This document shows positions 1 through 11,492 of a stretch of DNA of 64,000 nucleotides, piece by piece. Both the position numbers and the translations under genes were made by a program. The notes under the pieces are model-generated. The model was not told where the DNA came from, searched no databases, and was given only the letters and a program-made list of their open reading frames with translations. Source of the stretch: Planktothrix sp. GU0601_MAG3 (lineage in GTDB: Bacteria; Cyanobacteriota; Cyanobacteriia; Cyanobacteriales; Microcoleaceae); NCBI GenBank assembly GCA_035193785.1, contig CP136572.1, positions 4,948,578 to 5,012,577 on the forward strand, in the 5' to 3' direction. Numbering within the stretch: the first letter of the stretch is position 1; every line of letters starts with the position of its first letter.

Positions 1-278
1 TGTTCTAAAAATCCCCCTAACCCCTGAATAAAAGCATCGGTCGTATAGGCAAAATCCCGTTTATCCGGTTTTCCCGAATATCCAGAACCTATCCAGTCCG
101 GTGCGATCGCTTTATATCCTTGTTTTTCTAATTCATCTAAAATCACTAACCAACTATAACTCTGAGAAACTAATCCATGCAAAAATACCACAGGAATTTT
201 ATCATTAGTTTCGGGATTTGTTTCCCGATAAAACCAATCTAAAGACCCGACTTTAATCTCGTTTTTAGTAATTGACAT
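1..278 (-). CDS. alpha/beta fold hydrolase, N-terminal part (runs off the window start)
   Basis: Manual translation from ATG at 278: MSITKNEIKVGSLDWFYRE...PVVFLHGLVSQSYSW...AIAPDWIGSGYSGKP. LHG and APDxxGxGxS are typical hydrolase motifs. Not in the ORF track. Confidence 0.85.
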   Translation of the reverse strand, partial: MSITKNEIKVGSLDWFYRETNPETNDKIPVVFLHGLVSQSYSWLVILDELEKQGYKAIAPDWIGSGYSGKPDKRDFAYTTDAFIQGLGGFLE

Positions 279-285
279 AATGTGG

Positions 286-541
286 TAGGGAATAGGGAAC
301 AGGGGGAGGGGAGCAGGGGAGCAGGGGAGCAGGGGGGGCAGGGGAGGCAGGGGGGGCAGGGGAGGCAGGGGAGGCAGGGGGGGCAGGGGAGGCAGGGGAG
401 GTAGGGGAGCAGGGGGGGCAGGGGGGGCAGGGGAGGCAGGGGAGTAGGGGAGCAGGGGGAGGTAAACTCCTTCTATTACCCATTCGTAATTCGTAATTCG
501 TAATTTACTATTCCCCATTCGTAATTCGTAATTCGTAATTC
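286..541. repeat. STRR-type short tandem repeats: G-rich (GGGGAGGCA/GGGGGGGCA)n followed by (AATTCGT)n
   Basis: Directly visible low-complexity tandem units in the intergenic region. Confidence 0.9.
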
Positions 542-550
542 AAAAACAGT

Positions 551-580
551 TGTAGAGACGCTAAATTTAACGTCTCTACA
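551..580. repeat. GTAG-type REP-like palindrome downstream of petA, possible terminator or mRNA stabiliser
   Basis: TGTAGAGACG-N10-CGTCTCTACA inverted repeat. Confidence 0.8.
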
Positions 581-610
581 AAGGTTTAAATCACTAAAAT
601 GATTCAAAAG

Positions 611-1595
611 TTAGAAATTCATTTCAGCAGCTTGAACTTTCTCGATTTGTTTTTTCTTCATTACCAGCATCACTTGGGCTAACATCACCAAAGCGATAAA
701 GGCAATTAAGCCAGTAACACGAGTAGAACTTTGCAGAACAATTTCGGTGTCATGTTGACCAAAACCGCCCACGTTGGGGTTATTGGTTAAAAGCTCACCG
801 ACTGCAACGGTTTGACCTTCAGAAACAACTAGAGAGGGGCCAAGGGGAATTTCATCGACAACGGTTTGACCGTCTGCCTTTTGAATAGTAACTTGGGAAC
901 CTGATTCTGCGTCCGTTGTTATCTGGGTAATGGTTTCCAGCAGCAGAGGCTTTATAAACGGTATTATTGCTAGAGCTTCCGGTCGGATAGACTTGACCGC
1001 GACCTCGGTTTCCACCGACATGAATAGCAAATTTACCATAGTGAACGGATTTATCCGTTTCGGGGTTAGGAGACAACACTGGGAAGATAATTTCTTGATG
1101 TTCTTCTCCGGGTAATGGCCCAACAATCACCACATTTTCTTGATCTTCCCGATAGGGTTGGAAGTACAAATCACCGATTTCTTCTTTCCATTCTTCAGGA
1201 ATCCGATCTTCTGGAGCAATTTTAAAGCCTTCGGGCAGCATTAACACCGCGCCGACGTTTAAACCACCTTTGCTACCATCGGCCGTGACCTGCTGAATAT
1301 TGGTATCGTAGGGGATTTTGACAACGGCCTTAAAAACTGTATCTGGTAAAACCGAAGTGGGAACTTCAATTTCTGTAGATTTTGCTGCTAAGTGACAGTT
1401 GGCACAAACAATCCGTCCCGTGGCTTCCCGGGGGGTTAGGGGAGCGGTTTCTTGTGCCCAAAAGGGATAGGCCGCCGCCGACTGGGGTAGGGCAAAATCA
1501 CTGGTTAGGAAGAAAGCAACCGTTGCTACGGCAACCCAAAGGATTTTCCAAGCCCGCAAACGAGGCATTTTTACTAATTGATCAATTGGTTGCAT
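611..1595 (-). CDS. petA: apocytochrome f, split by a +1 insertion at GTTTC 933-937
   Basis: YPFWAQ...CANCH heme motif in ORF 852..1634 and C-terminal NPNVGGFGQ...[15 protein letters not shown] in ORF 611..1126. Start codon uncertain (1595 or 1568). Confidence 0.95.
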
Positions 1596-1697
1596 TACTA
1601 ATGTTCTATTTCTGGTTAAAGTCAACAGAATCAATGATCACAGAGTTTAGATTTTAGGTATTTATCTAAAATCTAAAATCCTAGAATTTAAAATTTA

Positions 1698-2237
1698 TTA
1701 AGACCACCAGGGATTTTCACCCGTGCGGAAATCGGTTTCTGCCCAAGTTGTAAAGCTCAATTTGTCATCCGCTACCGTGGCGTGAACCAGGGGTAGGGAT
1801 AACGGTGCTGGCCCGCGAACAACTTTGCCCTCGGCGTTATATTGGGAGCCGTGACAGGGACACATAAATTTGTTTTCGCTGGCATTCCAGGGGACAACGC
1901 ACCCCAAGTGGGTACAAACCGCATTGATTCCATATTCGGCTAAGGTGGAATCGGATTCAATCACCATATAGGTGGGGTCGCCTTTTAATCCTTGGGCTAA
2001 AACTCGGTCGCCCGGTTTATGGCTGGATAAAAATTCGCTGACGATAACATCGTTACCCAGGGCATCTTTAGCCGTGACACCGCCACCAGCCGCACCGCTA
2101 GAGGGAGGCAGAAAAAATTTGATCACCGGATACAGCGCCCCGACAGCAACGCCTGTAACTGTACCGAAGGTCAGTAAGTTCATGAATTGACGACGCCCCA
2201 TACTGGGAGCATCGGAGGTTACTGAAATTTGAGTCAT
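1698..2237 (-). CDS. petC: cytochrome b6f Rieske iron-sulfur subunit
   Basis: Tat RRQF motif, CTHLGC and CPCHGS Rieske boxes, adjacent to petA. Confidence 0.97.
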   Translation of the reverse strand: MTQISVTSDAPSMGRRQFMNLLTFGTVTGVAVGALYPVIKFFLPPSSGAAGGGVTAKDALGNDVIVSEFLSSHKPGDRVLAQGLKGDPTYMVIESDSTLAEYGINAVCTHLGCVVPWNASENKFMCPCHGSQYNAEGKVVRGPAPLSLPLVHATVADDKLSFTTWAETDFRTGENPWWS

Positions 2238-2381
2238 AACTGACGCAGCTTGTCTGTGTGATTGTTAGTTAATACTAGGCAAAGAGGCCGTTGATCTACT
2301 GAATTTAGTTGAACATCTGACCCACTCGATTGAATAACCGCAAGCCCGATCTTCCTTCTATAAGCATTATCACATTATTTG

Positions 2382-4430
2382 GTTTCAGTCCCGCAAGCGG
2401 GATTATTCTAATTGAAAGTGCCGCCTTCGCTATCGCGGTGGGGCCGTGGGCTGGGTTTCAGTCCCGCAAGCGGGATTATTTTTATTGAAACATCTTCATA
2501 TTCTCCTTCAGTTTCCACTGCCTCCCTCATAATGAGTTTCAGTCCCGCAAGCGGGATTATTTTTATTGAAACTTGAGAATGGAGTCTAGTTTGTCACTCT
2601 GGAAAACTTGGGGTTTCAGTCCCGCAAGCGGGATTATTTTTATTGAAACATTCAAGTTGCCGCCGACTTAAATTTAATGGGAAAGTTTCAGTCCCGCAAG
2701 CGGGATTATTTTTATTGAAACCAGCTAAGTGGAATTACTACTTTAAAACAAACGTTGATATGTTTCAGTCCCGCAAGCGGGATTATTTTTATTGAAACTT
2801 CTGGACTTATTTAATTCTGCTTCGCTCGATAAAGGTTTCAGTCCCGCAAGCGGGATTATTTTTATTGAAACAATCTAGTGAGGCTATTAATAATAATCAA
2901 TCCAAATGTTTCAGTCCCGCAAGCGGGATTATTTTTATTGAAACCACGCGACCCGTCACGCGACCTGTCACTCAATCCGTGTTTCAGTCCCGCAAGCGGG
3001 ATTATTTTTATTGAAACAAAAAACTTTAGTTCCGGGTCAATTTGGGATAGCGACGTTTCAGTCCCGCAAGCGGGATTATTTTTATTGAAACACAGAGTTA
3101 AACTGGAATTCAAAATCTAAAGATTGGAAGTTTCAGTCCCGCAAGCGGGATTATTTTTATTGAAACTCTCTAGGGTATCCCCCCAAGAGGTGGCCCTGTT
3201 GAGTTTCAGTCCCGCAAGCGGGATTATTTTTATTGAAACTTCCTCACGGTTTCCGTTGATCATCACTTGGTTAAATGTTTCAGTCCCGCAAGCGGGATTA
3301 TTTTTATTAAAACTCCAGCCGCGGATTACGAAAAAATCATTGATACATCGTTTCAGTCCCGCAAGCGGGATTATTTTTATTGAAACAAGAATATGTTCTC
3401 AATAATTCAGAAGATCCGAATAAACGTTTCAGTCCCGCAAGCGGGATTATTTTTATTGAAACGGAGCTAGGGTTTCCTTAGACTTAGCCATAATTAAAAA
3501 GTTTCAGTCCCGCAAGCGGGATTATTTTTATTGAAACAGTGATTAAATTAATTGGAACTAAACCCAAAGGAGAAGTTTCAGTCCCGCAAGCGGGATTATT
3601 TTTATTGAAACTATGGATTAATCACATTGTTGGAAATAATGTTTTAGGTATGTTTCAGTCCCGCAAGCGGGATTATTTTTATTGAAACTACTATTATTTT
3701 TGGAAGGTGGATCGGCAGTCCCAGGTTTCAGTCCCGCAAGCGGGATTATTTTTATTGAAACCATCAAATTATATCTAATGTCACAGGCATAATCATAGTT
3801 TCAGTCCCGCAAGCGGGATTATTTTTATTGAAACGGCCCGACCGCTATAGCAAAAGCGGCCGTTGCAAGAGGTTTCAGTCCCGCAAGCGGGATTATTTTT
3901 ATTGAAACCTCCGGCTATTGTTCCGGCGCCCACTAACCCTAACAGTTTCAGTCCCGCAAGCGGGATTATTTTTATTGAAACCGGGAGAACCGCCGCCCCG
4001 ATATTTTTCTATTTAATGTTTCAGTCCCGCAAGCGGGATTATTTTTATTGAAACTTTCCTCCTTAAAAGGGTTTAAAGATTTTCCAGAATTTGTTTCAGT
4101 CCCGCAAGCGGGATTATTTTTATTGAAACCATTTTATCAACCAGGATCTATTAGTGCGGGATCTGGTTTCAGTCCCGCAAGCGGGATTATTTTTATTGAA
4201 ACCAATCATTTTTACCTCCTTTTGTTTACTCGTTTGTTTCCGTTGTTTCAGTCCCGCAAGCGGGATTATTTTTATTGAAACTATTAAGCAAGACATCAAA
4301 GGGAACGACGGTAAATACTGTTTCAGTCCCGCAAGCGGGATTATTTTTATTGAAACTACTAGGTACTCTATCGTTTCGCTCATACCATTGCCAGTTTCAG
4401 TCCCGCAAGCGGGATTATTTTTATTGAAAC
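2382..4430 (-). CRISPR. CRISPR array: 28 repeats of 37 bp and 27 spacers of 35-44 bp, type I-D-like repeat, no cas genes in the window
   Basis: Repeat GTTTCAGTCCCGCAAGCGGGATTATTTTTATTGAAAC on + (GTTTCAATAAAAATAATCCCGCTTGCGGGACTGAAAC on -). The copy at 2382 is degenerate (trailer end) and the copy at 3277 has one substitution. The leader is on the right, giving the - orientation. Confidence 0.98.
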
Positions 4431-4700
4431 TCTGCCGTTTGAAAGCCTGATGGGGCGGTGATTCTGGAGCCCATTTTCGTGAACCTCAAAAATTGCCTCA
4501 TTTGGGCCCTCGTTATTGCAACAGATTATCAATAACTAACCGGACTCAAAAATATAAACTATTGATTTGTCAAGGTTCTAGGGTTTTTCGTGAACCCCCC
4601 CAGGATTTCGCCCCCGCTTAGGTTCACGAAAATCATAATAAACCGAAACAATTTTCTTGTCAAGGGGAATCTTATATGATATTGCGATCGCCCCCCACCC
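4431..4700 (-). promoter_or_regulatory. CRISPR leader with repeated TTTTCGTGAACC motifs
   Basis: Motif at 4474-4485 and 4585-4596, with an inverted copy GGTTCACGAAAA at 4621-4632. It abuts the non-degenerate end of the array. Confidence 0.8.
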
Positions 4701-6854
4701 TTAACTTTTAACAATTGCCCCAAAATCCGCCAAAACCCGGGCATGATTTCTTAATAATCCCAATAAATTTAACCGATTACGTTGAATATTCGGATCATCA
4801 TCCATTACTAAAACACTTTCGGGGCCATCAAAAAAACCGCTCACCGTTGGGGTAATTTCTGCCAAGGCTTCCACCAATTGACGATAATTTCTGGTGGCTT
4901 GAGAGGCTTGGGTTTGGGGAACTAACTGTACTAAAGCCTGATAGAATTGCCGTTCTGAGGACTTTTGAAATAACTCAGGATTAACCGTCATTTCCGGTTG
5001 CAATTCTAGGGTGTTTAAATCCCCTTGTTTCGCCAAACGGGTCGAACGATTAACGGTTTCATAAATTTGGTTTAAACTGCCATCTTGCCGAATAGTTTGG
5101 AGGAATAAAGCCCGATCTCTAACGTCTAATAAATCCTTTAAAGCCCGTTCTTGATATTCCAGATCATTCTCTCCTAAAACCGCATTCACCAAATCATAAT
5201 CAATGGCTTTTTCATCCTGTAATAAGGTTCTAATTCGTTGCAGGAAAAAATCATATAATTCATGGTTTAATCCTAAAATTGCATTGGGAAAGGTATTAAC
5301 AAAATCCACCGCAATTTGTTTCAGAAGTTGATATAAATTTAGGGGTAAATCCGCCGCCCAAATAATATTAACCACCGCATTCGCCGCCCGACGCAAGGCA
5401 AAGGGATCGGAGGAACCCGTGGGTAACATTCCCAAACCAAAAATACTAACTAAAGTATCGAGTTTATCCGCTAAACCGACTACTTGACCGACTAGGGTTT
5501 GGGGTAAATTATCCGTAGCATTCCGGGGTAAATAATGTTCAAAAATTGCCGTTGCTACCGCTTCGGGTTCTCCCCCTGCCCTGGCATATTTTTCCCCCAT
5601 TATACCTTGTAATTCGGGAAATTCATAGACCATTTGGGTAACTAAATCCGCCTTAGATAATAACGCAGCCCGTTGAATTAAACTGCGGTCAGATTCACTA
5701 ATATTAAGTTGTTCACTGATCCAATTAGCAATTTTACCAATCCGATTCACCTTATCCCGAACTGAACCTAAATCCTCTTGAAAAGTCACCGCTTCTAGGG
5801 AGGGTAAATAGCTTTCTAAGGGATTTTTTAAATCGGATTGATAGAAAAACTGTCCATCGGCTAACCGTGCCCGAATTACCCTTTCATTTCCCGCCGCAAT
5901 TAGATCGGATTTCGCCGGATCTCCATTGGAAATCGTAATAAAATAGGGCTTTAAGGGCGATATATTTTTAGTTTCCTTTGTTAATACTGGAAAGTACCGT
6001 TGATGGGTCACCATGACGGTTTTAATCACCTCTGCGGGTAAATTCAAAAATTCCTGGTCAAAGGTTCCGACAACGGCCGTCGGCCATTCCACTAAATTAA
6101 CTACTTCTGCTAATAAATCTTCGGGAATTTCAGCCTCTCCCCCCACACTATTCGCCGCGATTTTAACTTCTTTTTGAATAGTCTGAATTCGTTCCTGGGG
6201 GTCAACTTGAACAAAGGCTTTTTTCAGGGATTCGGCATAGATTTCAGGGTGGGAAATAGTAATCGGTTCGGGATGTAAAACCCGATGTCCTTGGGAAATG
6301 CGATCGCTTGTAACTACCTCCGAACCACTAACTAAGGTAATCGGTAAAACCTGATTATCTAATAATGCAATTAACCAACGAATCGGCCGGGGAAACTTCA
6401 AATCCCCATCCCCCCAACGCATAAACCGTTTCCCTTCTAATTTGGTAATCCATTCTGATGTTAATTCGACTAAAATTTCCGCCGTTAATCGACCCGGAAT
6501 TTTCTTTAAAACAAAGACAAAATCTCCTTTGGAAGTGGGACGAATTTCTAAATCTTCTAAATTCACGCCCTGTTTTTTAATAAATCCTGTCGCCGCCGGA
6601 GTGGGTTTTCCATCTTTAAATGCTGTAGTCGCCGGAGGGCCCTTGATTTCTTCTTCCCGGTCGGGTTGGTGGCTAGGAAGTCCCTCAATTAAGACTGCTA
6701 ACCGTCGCGGTGTTCCCCAAACTTGAACCGACTCGACACTTAAAAACTGTTCTTTGAGACTAGCAGGAATTTTCTGTTTCCACTGTTGAATAGCGGTTTC
6801 AACAAAGGTGGCTGGTAATTCTTCTGTGCCCACTTCCAGTAAAAAACTAACCAT
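4701..6854 (-). CDS. glyS: glycine--tRNA ligase beta subunit
   Basis: [39 protein letters not shown] motifs; 717 aa. Confidence 0.97.
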   Translation of the reverse strand: MVSFLLEVGTEELPATFVETAIQQWKQKIPASLKEQFLSVESVQVWGTPRRLAVLIEGLPSHQPDREEEIKGPPATTAFKDGKPTPAATGFIKKQGVNLEDLEIRPTSKGDFVFVLKKIPGRLTAEILVELTSEWITKLEGKRFMRWGDGDLKFPRPIRWLIALLDNQVLPITLVSGSEVVTSDRISQGHRVLHPEPITISHPEIYAESLKKAFVQVDPQERIQTIQKEVKIAANSVGGEAEIPEDLLAEVVNLVEWPTAVVGTFDQEFLNLPAEVIKTVMVTHQRYFPVLTKETKNISPLKPYFITISNGDPAKSDLIAAGNERVIRARLADGQFFYQSDLKNPLESYLPSLEAVTFQEDLGSVRDKVNRIGKIANWISEQLNISESDRSLIQRAALLSKADLVTQMVYEFPELQGIMGEKYARAGGEPEAVATAIFEHYLPRNATDNLPQTLVGQVVGLADKLDTLVSIFGLGMLPTGSSDPFALRRAANAVVNIIWAADLPLNLYQLLKQIAVDFVNTFPNAILGLNHELYDFFLQRIRTLLQDEKAIDYDLVNAVLGENDLEYQERALKDLLDVRDRALFLQTIRQDGSLNQIYETVNRSTRLAKQGDLNTLELQPEMTVNPELFQKSSERQFYQALVQLVPQTQASQATRNYRQLVEALAEITPTVSGFFDGPESVLVMDDDPNIQRNRLNLLGLLRNHARVLADFGAIVKS

Positions 6855-6967
6855 AGGAAATTTTATAAAGAATGTTACTAAGACAATTAAGGTGACAAAT
6901 AATTACCATAGCAGGTTGGGGGGTCATTTCTCAAGGGTTAATCATTTTTTGAGAATTTTTAACCCCC

Positions 6968-6995
6968 GTGGAGACGCGCCATGGCACGTCTCTAC
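6968..6995. repeat. REP-like palindrome, same family as 49137-49164 and 59361-59384
   Basis: GTGGAGACGCGCCATGGCACGTCTCTAC. Confidence 0.8.
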
Positions 6996-7014
6996 AGGAT
7001 TTTTGGAAGTATCT

Positions 7015-7674
7015 TTATTCCGTGGGTTCGATGCCGAAAGATCGCAATTGTTCGGCTAAACGTTCAGCCCGATTTTGTGCTTGTAATGCTGCTTCTTCTG
7101 GTGTCGGAATCAGATCACCTTCTAGGGTGAAATATCGGAGTTTTTCTTGATAAATACCCAAGAATAATCCTAACACTTGACTTTCTAATAATCCGGCAGC
7201 ATTGGGGATAATTTCTTGATATTCCTGTCCGACTAATTTGAAACCTGTTAGTTCTAAATCATCGGGAGAAAACCAGAAATATTCCTGGGTTCTAAATTGA
7301 TCTTGATATAAATTCTTTTTAGTCGTTTTATCGGTTTCTGCCGTTGAATTAGAGAGAAGTTCAATAATTAAATCGGGATATTTCCCTTCTTCTTCCCAAA
7401 CTACCCAGGATTTTCTCGGAAGTTTAGAGGTATTTTTCACTAGGAAAAAATCTGGCCCGCGAAAGTCTCGATTTCTCAGTTGTTGACGACTAAAATAGAT
7501 GGTTAAATTTGCCCCAATAAAATAATCTGTTCTATCTTTCCATAACCAATCTAAACAAGACACTAATAACGCTAACTGGAGATAGTGTAATGTACTTTCC
7601 ATTTCTACATACTCACTTTCAACTTGAGTACCATCGGGCATTAATGCCTCTAGTTGTTCTGCGGTAATTGACAT
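7015..7674 (-). CDS. Uma2 family endonuclease (DUF820)
   Basis: GPDFF, PDLIIELLS, EYFWFSP motifs; GAGGAGG RBS before MSITAEQL. Confidence 0.9.
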   Translation of the reverse strand: MSITAEQLEALMPDGTQVESEYVEMESTLHYLQLALLVSCLDWLWKDRTDYFIGANLTIYFSRQQLRNRDFRGPDFFLVKNTSKLPRKSWVVWEEEGKYPDLIIELLSNSTAETDKTTKKNLYQDQFRTQEYFWFSPDDLELTGFKLVGQEYQEIIPNAAGLLESQVLGLFLGIYQEKLRYFTLEGDLIPTPEEAALQAQNRAERLAEQLRSFGIEPTE

Positions 7675-7721
7675 TTTTTTCCTCCTCATTTGAGGTTGGC
7701 TTAATTTATTATATCAAATTT

Positions 7722-9072
7722 TCAATGCTCAATCATTTGTTCTAAAGATTCTTGCAAATCCCTGGTTAAGTTAGCAACTGCTTGACGACGGTTTGTTTGA
7801 TAATCTGACCATTTTTGGGTGACAGAAATCGGTTTACCAATTGTTAATTTAGCGCGTTTTTTTCCTAAATAGGGACGTTTTAGGGGGGTTTCTCCCTTTA
7901 ACCGATTTACCATTGTCCAAACAATTAAAGTTGTTTCTGCGAAGCGATCAAAGGTGGGATTTTCTTTAATATAACTACCTGTTACCCCCACAAAACTTTC
8001 TACTAATCTCATATTCCACATTCGCAAACTGGCTTCGGTTGCCACCCGATCTGCTAATCCCAATTCTACCGCCGACCAGGTATCATTAGCCTTGAGATCA
8101 TAGCGATAAATACAATCCCAGCCCGCCTGTTCTAAGCGACGACAACGACTACTTAAATCTCCCATGGGTTTGAGATTAAAATATTCTTCAGCCACGGTTA
8201 GGGCAATATCTAATAATCGTTTAATTCTATCTGGAAAATCTATAGTTTCATCTTGGGGAATACTCCGATAATAGAATTGGCGATAAAAATTTTCCATTGT
8301 ATCTAATAGATAGTTTCCTAATCGAATTAAACGGCTATATAGAGACGCAACGGTTAATTCTGGGCTAGATAGGGGTAGGTTACAATCCCTTTCTAATTGG
8401 GAAATTAATTTTTCTAAATCTTCCCAATTGTCCTGAATATAAAAATACTGTATGCCAATGGGAACTAAATAAACATCTTCCGGTCGTGCAGCTTTTTTTA
8501 AATCTTCCACACACCAAAATCCTAATTGAGAAATTCCGGGTTTCTAAGGGACTAATATTTTGATTATGTCCATTGGTTGCTCCTTCCGGTGCGGCGGCTA
8601 AAGGAAATTGACCATTAATAAATAAATCCCGGGCTGAACGCAATCCTAAACGGTCAACTTTCCCCCTTAAAATTGGTGTTCCTCCTAATTTTGGAAATAG
8701 CCAAGAAACTAAGTTTCCTGCCCATAAAGGAATCCCTCGATCATACATAAAATGGGCATGAATTGGATTAGATAGGACAATTTCCTGTTGTTTTGCTGTC
8801 TCAGGAACAAATCGCCATAATAATTGACTAAGACAATAGGGATCATCCGTATTTGGATGACGAAAAGCCAATAAAAATCTAACTTTTCCGCTTTGAAATT
8901 GTTGATAAAGATTAACTAATCGTTCAATTTGTTCTATCTTAATTTCAACTAATGGGGTTTTCCATCTCATCCAAAAGGGCATCCCCCATTGGCAAACTTT
9001 TAACACTAAAGGATTAAAATGGGGCGGGATAAAATCTAGGGTGGGTTGTATATTTTTAATGATATTTACCAT
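7722..9072 (-). CDS. phospholipid/glycerol acyltransferase family protein, split by a +1 insertion at 8540-8544
   Basis: FRHPNTDD (HxxxxD) and APEGATNG motifs; the two ORFs are offset by one base. Confidence 0.85.
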
Positions 9073-9099
9073 AAATTAGGGTTGAATCAATTTAATAAG

Positions 9100-9207
9100 T
9101 ATAGCAAGAGGCAATCTTGCTATAGGCAATCTTGCTATAGGTAAATACTTACTATGAGCAGCTTTTAGCTTTTAAGAATGTCCTAACAGATGTGGCAACT
9201 GCTATAT
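9100..9207. repeat. TATAGCA...TGCTATA-ended MITE-like element with an internal GGCAATCTTGCTATA duplication
   Basis: Short terminal inverted motif also seen at 61569 and 62396. Confidence 0.5.
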
Positions 9208-9515
9208 TAAAGGGGATTGAACTTAATCTATTATTATAGCAATTTCTCAGGATTTTGTTGTAATATTTGATTCCAGGGATTTCGGATCAAACCTCTATTC
9301 TAGTTTGGGTTTGCAGGGACATCAATCCTAGATTTTTTGATAATTCCCGACCCTAAATTAAGTAAAAAGACTTATCATAGAACCCTTGAATTGTTCTGTC
9401 AAGTTATAAAATTTAACCACAATTCGTTACAATGACAACCAAACTTTAGCTCTAAAAACGGTTTGCTTTAAAAGGACAAATTATCAAGTTTTCACTTAGA
9501 AGGCAGGTAGAAAGG

Positions 9516-10149
9516 ATGAAACCCCACCGACTTGAATCAAGCATTTCAACATGGTTATTGTTTTCAAACTACCCTTGATCAGCATAGCGAGCAAGTTACC
9601 TATTCCGTCCATACCCTCGGTGAATTAGTTTTAACCTCTGGAAAAATTGCCGTTTGTGATCCTTTGGTTGTCCCTAATTCTCATCTGTGTTTGACTCAAA
9701 CTCTGGCCGCGGGTCGTTATCCGGTGAAACTGAGTATCGCTACATTCCATGACCAAAAAGAACAAAGGGTCGCCTATGCCATGTTAGTCATTCGGGATCA
9801 AGCTGCGGTGCGATGGGAATTGGTGCTATCTTCTCAAAGGGATCAAGAATCGGGTTATTCCGTCACTTCTGGGACAGGATGTTTTATGGATGGGGAAGGG
9901 GTCAAATACCTATCTTCCCTTTCTGATGGTGAGTTTGAAAGTTATTATAATCGTTTGGATCAGGCCTTAGATCAAAACTATCTTGATACCTGGGATTGGA
10001 CAAATTTCTGTTTCAATGAATCAACCGGATTGAATATTATTGCCTTTCATTCCGGTTGGGGAGAGGGTTGTTATCCCTCCTATTGGGGTTATGATTCCCA
10101 GGGAAATCCGGTCTGTTTAGTCACGGATTTTAGGCTTTGGGACTCGTGA
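9516..10149 (+). CDS. DUF4241-like protein; probable true start ATG 9516 displaced by a +1 insertion at GAAAC 9518-9522
   Basis: SGKIAVCDPL, SGTGCFMD, FHSGWGEGCYPSYWG...LVTDF motifs. Confidence 0.75.
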
Positions 10150-10687
10150 GGGGATCAACTACTTCCAATAGGGTTTGAATACTGGCATTGTAATCAAAAA
10201 AGGAAAACAAATGTTTATATTTCAAGATGCCCTTTTTGTCTAAGACAAACTGCCCAGGTAAGGGCGCCCCCAGGGCTTGTCCCACATGATATAACTGAAA
10301 AATGCCACAGCTTGGATTACTCAGCAATGGCATTTTCAACCCCAGATCTTTGACTACAATTTTGCTTTGGCGTTCATCGGTACTGGTAATCAGTAAAACT
10401 TCTATTCCCCTTTGCACAAAGGCTTCATAATTTTCATTCAGCGCTCTAACATGGGGATAACACCAGGGACAATATTGTTTTTCGGTAAAAATGCGCGTAA
10501 AGGCTAAAATTACTGGGCGATCGCCTCGAAATTGAGATAAACGCACTAATTGACCATTGGTAATATCGGGTAATTGAAAATCGGGGGTTTTCGACCCTAA
10601 CTGTAAATTGCTAGTGGCCGGGATCGGAAAAAAGTTATTCCAAAATCGACGATTAATTAAACCGGTAAAATCGTTAGAAGTCAGCAT
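10130..10687 (-). CDS. AhpC/TSA (peroxiredoxin-like) family protein
   Basis: PDFQLPD, CPWC and FVLDKKG thioredoxin-fold motifs. Confidence 0.85.
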   Translation of the reverse strand: MLTSNDFTGLINRRFWNNFFPIPATSNLQLGSKTPDFQLPDITNGQLVRLSQFRGDRPVILAFTRIFTEKQYCPWCYPHVRALNENYEAFVQRGIEVLLITSTDERQSKIVVKDLGLKMPLLSNPSCGIFQLYHVGQALGAPLPGQFVLDKKGILKYKHLFSFFDYNASIQTLLEVVDPLTSPKA

Positions 10688-10799
10688 AATAGTTTGTTGT
10701 TTGTACTCATCTTAGTTTAAAACAATCTTACAAAATCAATGAAACCCGCCTTTACATCATGGTAAAAACGGGCTTTTAAATCCGGTCTAAAAGGTGATC

Positions 10800-11394
10800 C
10801 TAGACCGCAGCAAAGAATTCTTTAGATTTGACGGGATCGGGGATCATGGTTTTGTCGCCCGGTTGCCAACCCGCAGGACAGACTTCATCGGGATGAGCTT
10901 GAACATATTGCAGGGCTTGCAGTGTCCGCAGAGTCTCGTCCACGTTACGACCAAAGGCGAGGTTATTGATCGTGGAGTGTTGAATTACCCCTTCTTTGTC
11001 AATGATAAACAGACCGCGCAGAGCAATTCCGGCTTCAGGATCAAGCACGTTATAGGCAGTGCTGATTTCTTTTTTCAGGTCAGCCACCAGAGGATAGTTG
11101 AGGTCGCCCACACCACCAGATTTGCGATCGGATTGAATCCAAGCGAGGTGAGAAAAGGCGCTATCGACGGAAACCCCAAGAATTTGAGTATTGAGTTTGC
11201 TGAATTCTTCGGCGCGATCGCTAAAGGCCGTAATTTCAGTTGGGCAAACAAAGGTAAAGTCTAACGGGTAGAAGAACAGAAACCACATACTTACCCCGAT
11301 AGTCGGACAGGGAAATGTCTTTGAATTCTTGGTCAACAACGGCCGTTGCTTTAAAATCCGGGGCGACTTGGCCAACACGCAGGCTCTCAGCCAT
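10800..11394 (-). CDS. 2-Cys peroxiredoxin, +1 insertion at GAAAC 11279-11283
   Basis: Corrected sequence [14 protein letters not shown]...[20 protein letters not shown]...EVCPAGW. Confidence 0.95.
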
Positions 11395-11474
11395 GAATAA
11401 TACTCCTTAAACTGACGATAGTATAGTTTCGTTGCAGAAAATCAGGACAATTTTGATCCCGATCGTCTGGCTAT

Positions 11475-11492
11475 TTTACGATTTGTTACAAA
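11475..11492. promoter_or_regulatory. HLR1-like (RpaB) box upstream of the peroxiredoxin
   Basis: TTTACGAT-TT-GTTACAAA, one mismatch to (G/T)TTACA(T/A)(T/A)-N2-repeat. Confidence 0.55.

Noticed and set aside
265..483. Pro-rich 72-aa ORF
   Set aside because: Translation of an STRR tract
3314..3349. Spacer sharing GGATTACGAAAA with the 90-bp repeat (possible self-targeting)
   Set aside because: Only about 12 nt match and the flanks differ; I found no convincing self-target by eye, though the search was not exhaustive
2382..4430. Link between the GTTTC/GAAAC CRISPR repeat termini and the GAAAC insertions
   Set aside because: GAAAC is the ordinary conserved repeat end, present in nearly all copies, and no mechanism connects it to scattered single-base insertions
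2862..4450. Short ORFs containing VSVPQAGLFLLK or FSPASGIIFIET
   Set aside because: Translations of CRISPR repeats and spacers
10794..11264. Antisense ORFs over peroxiredoxin, amidase, glyS, gatB and others
   Set aside because: Shadow frames of well-supported genes with no recognisable motifs
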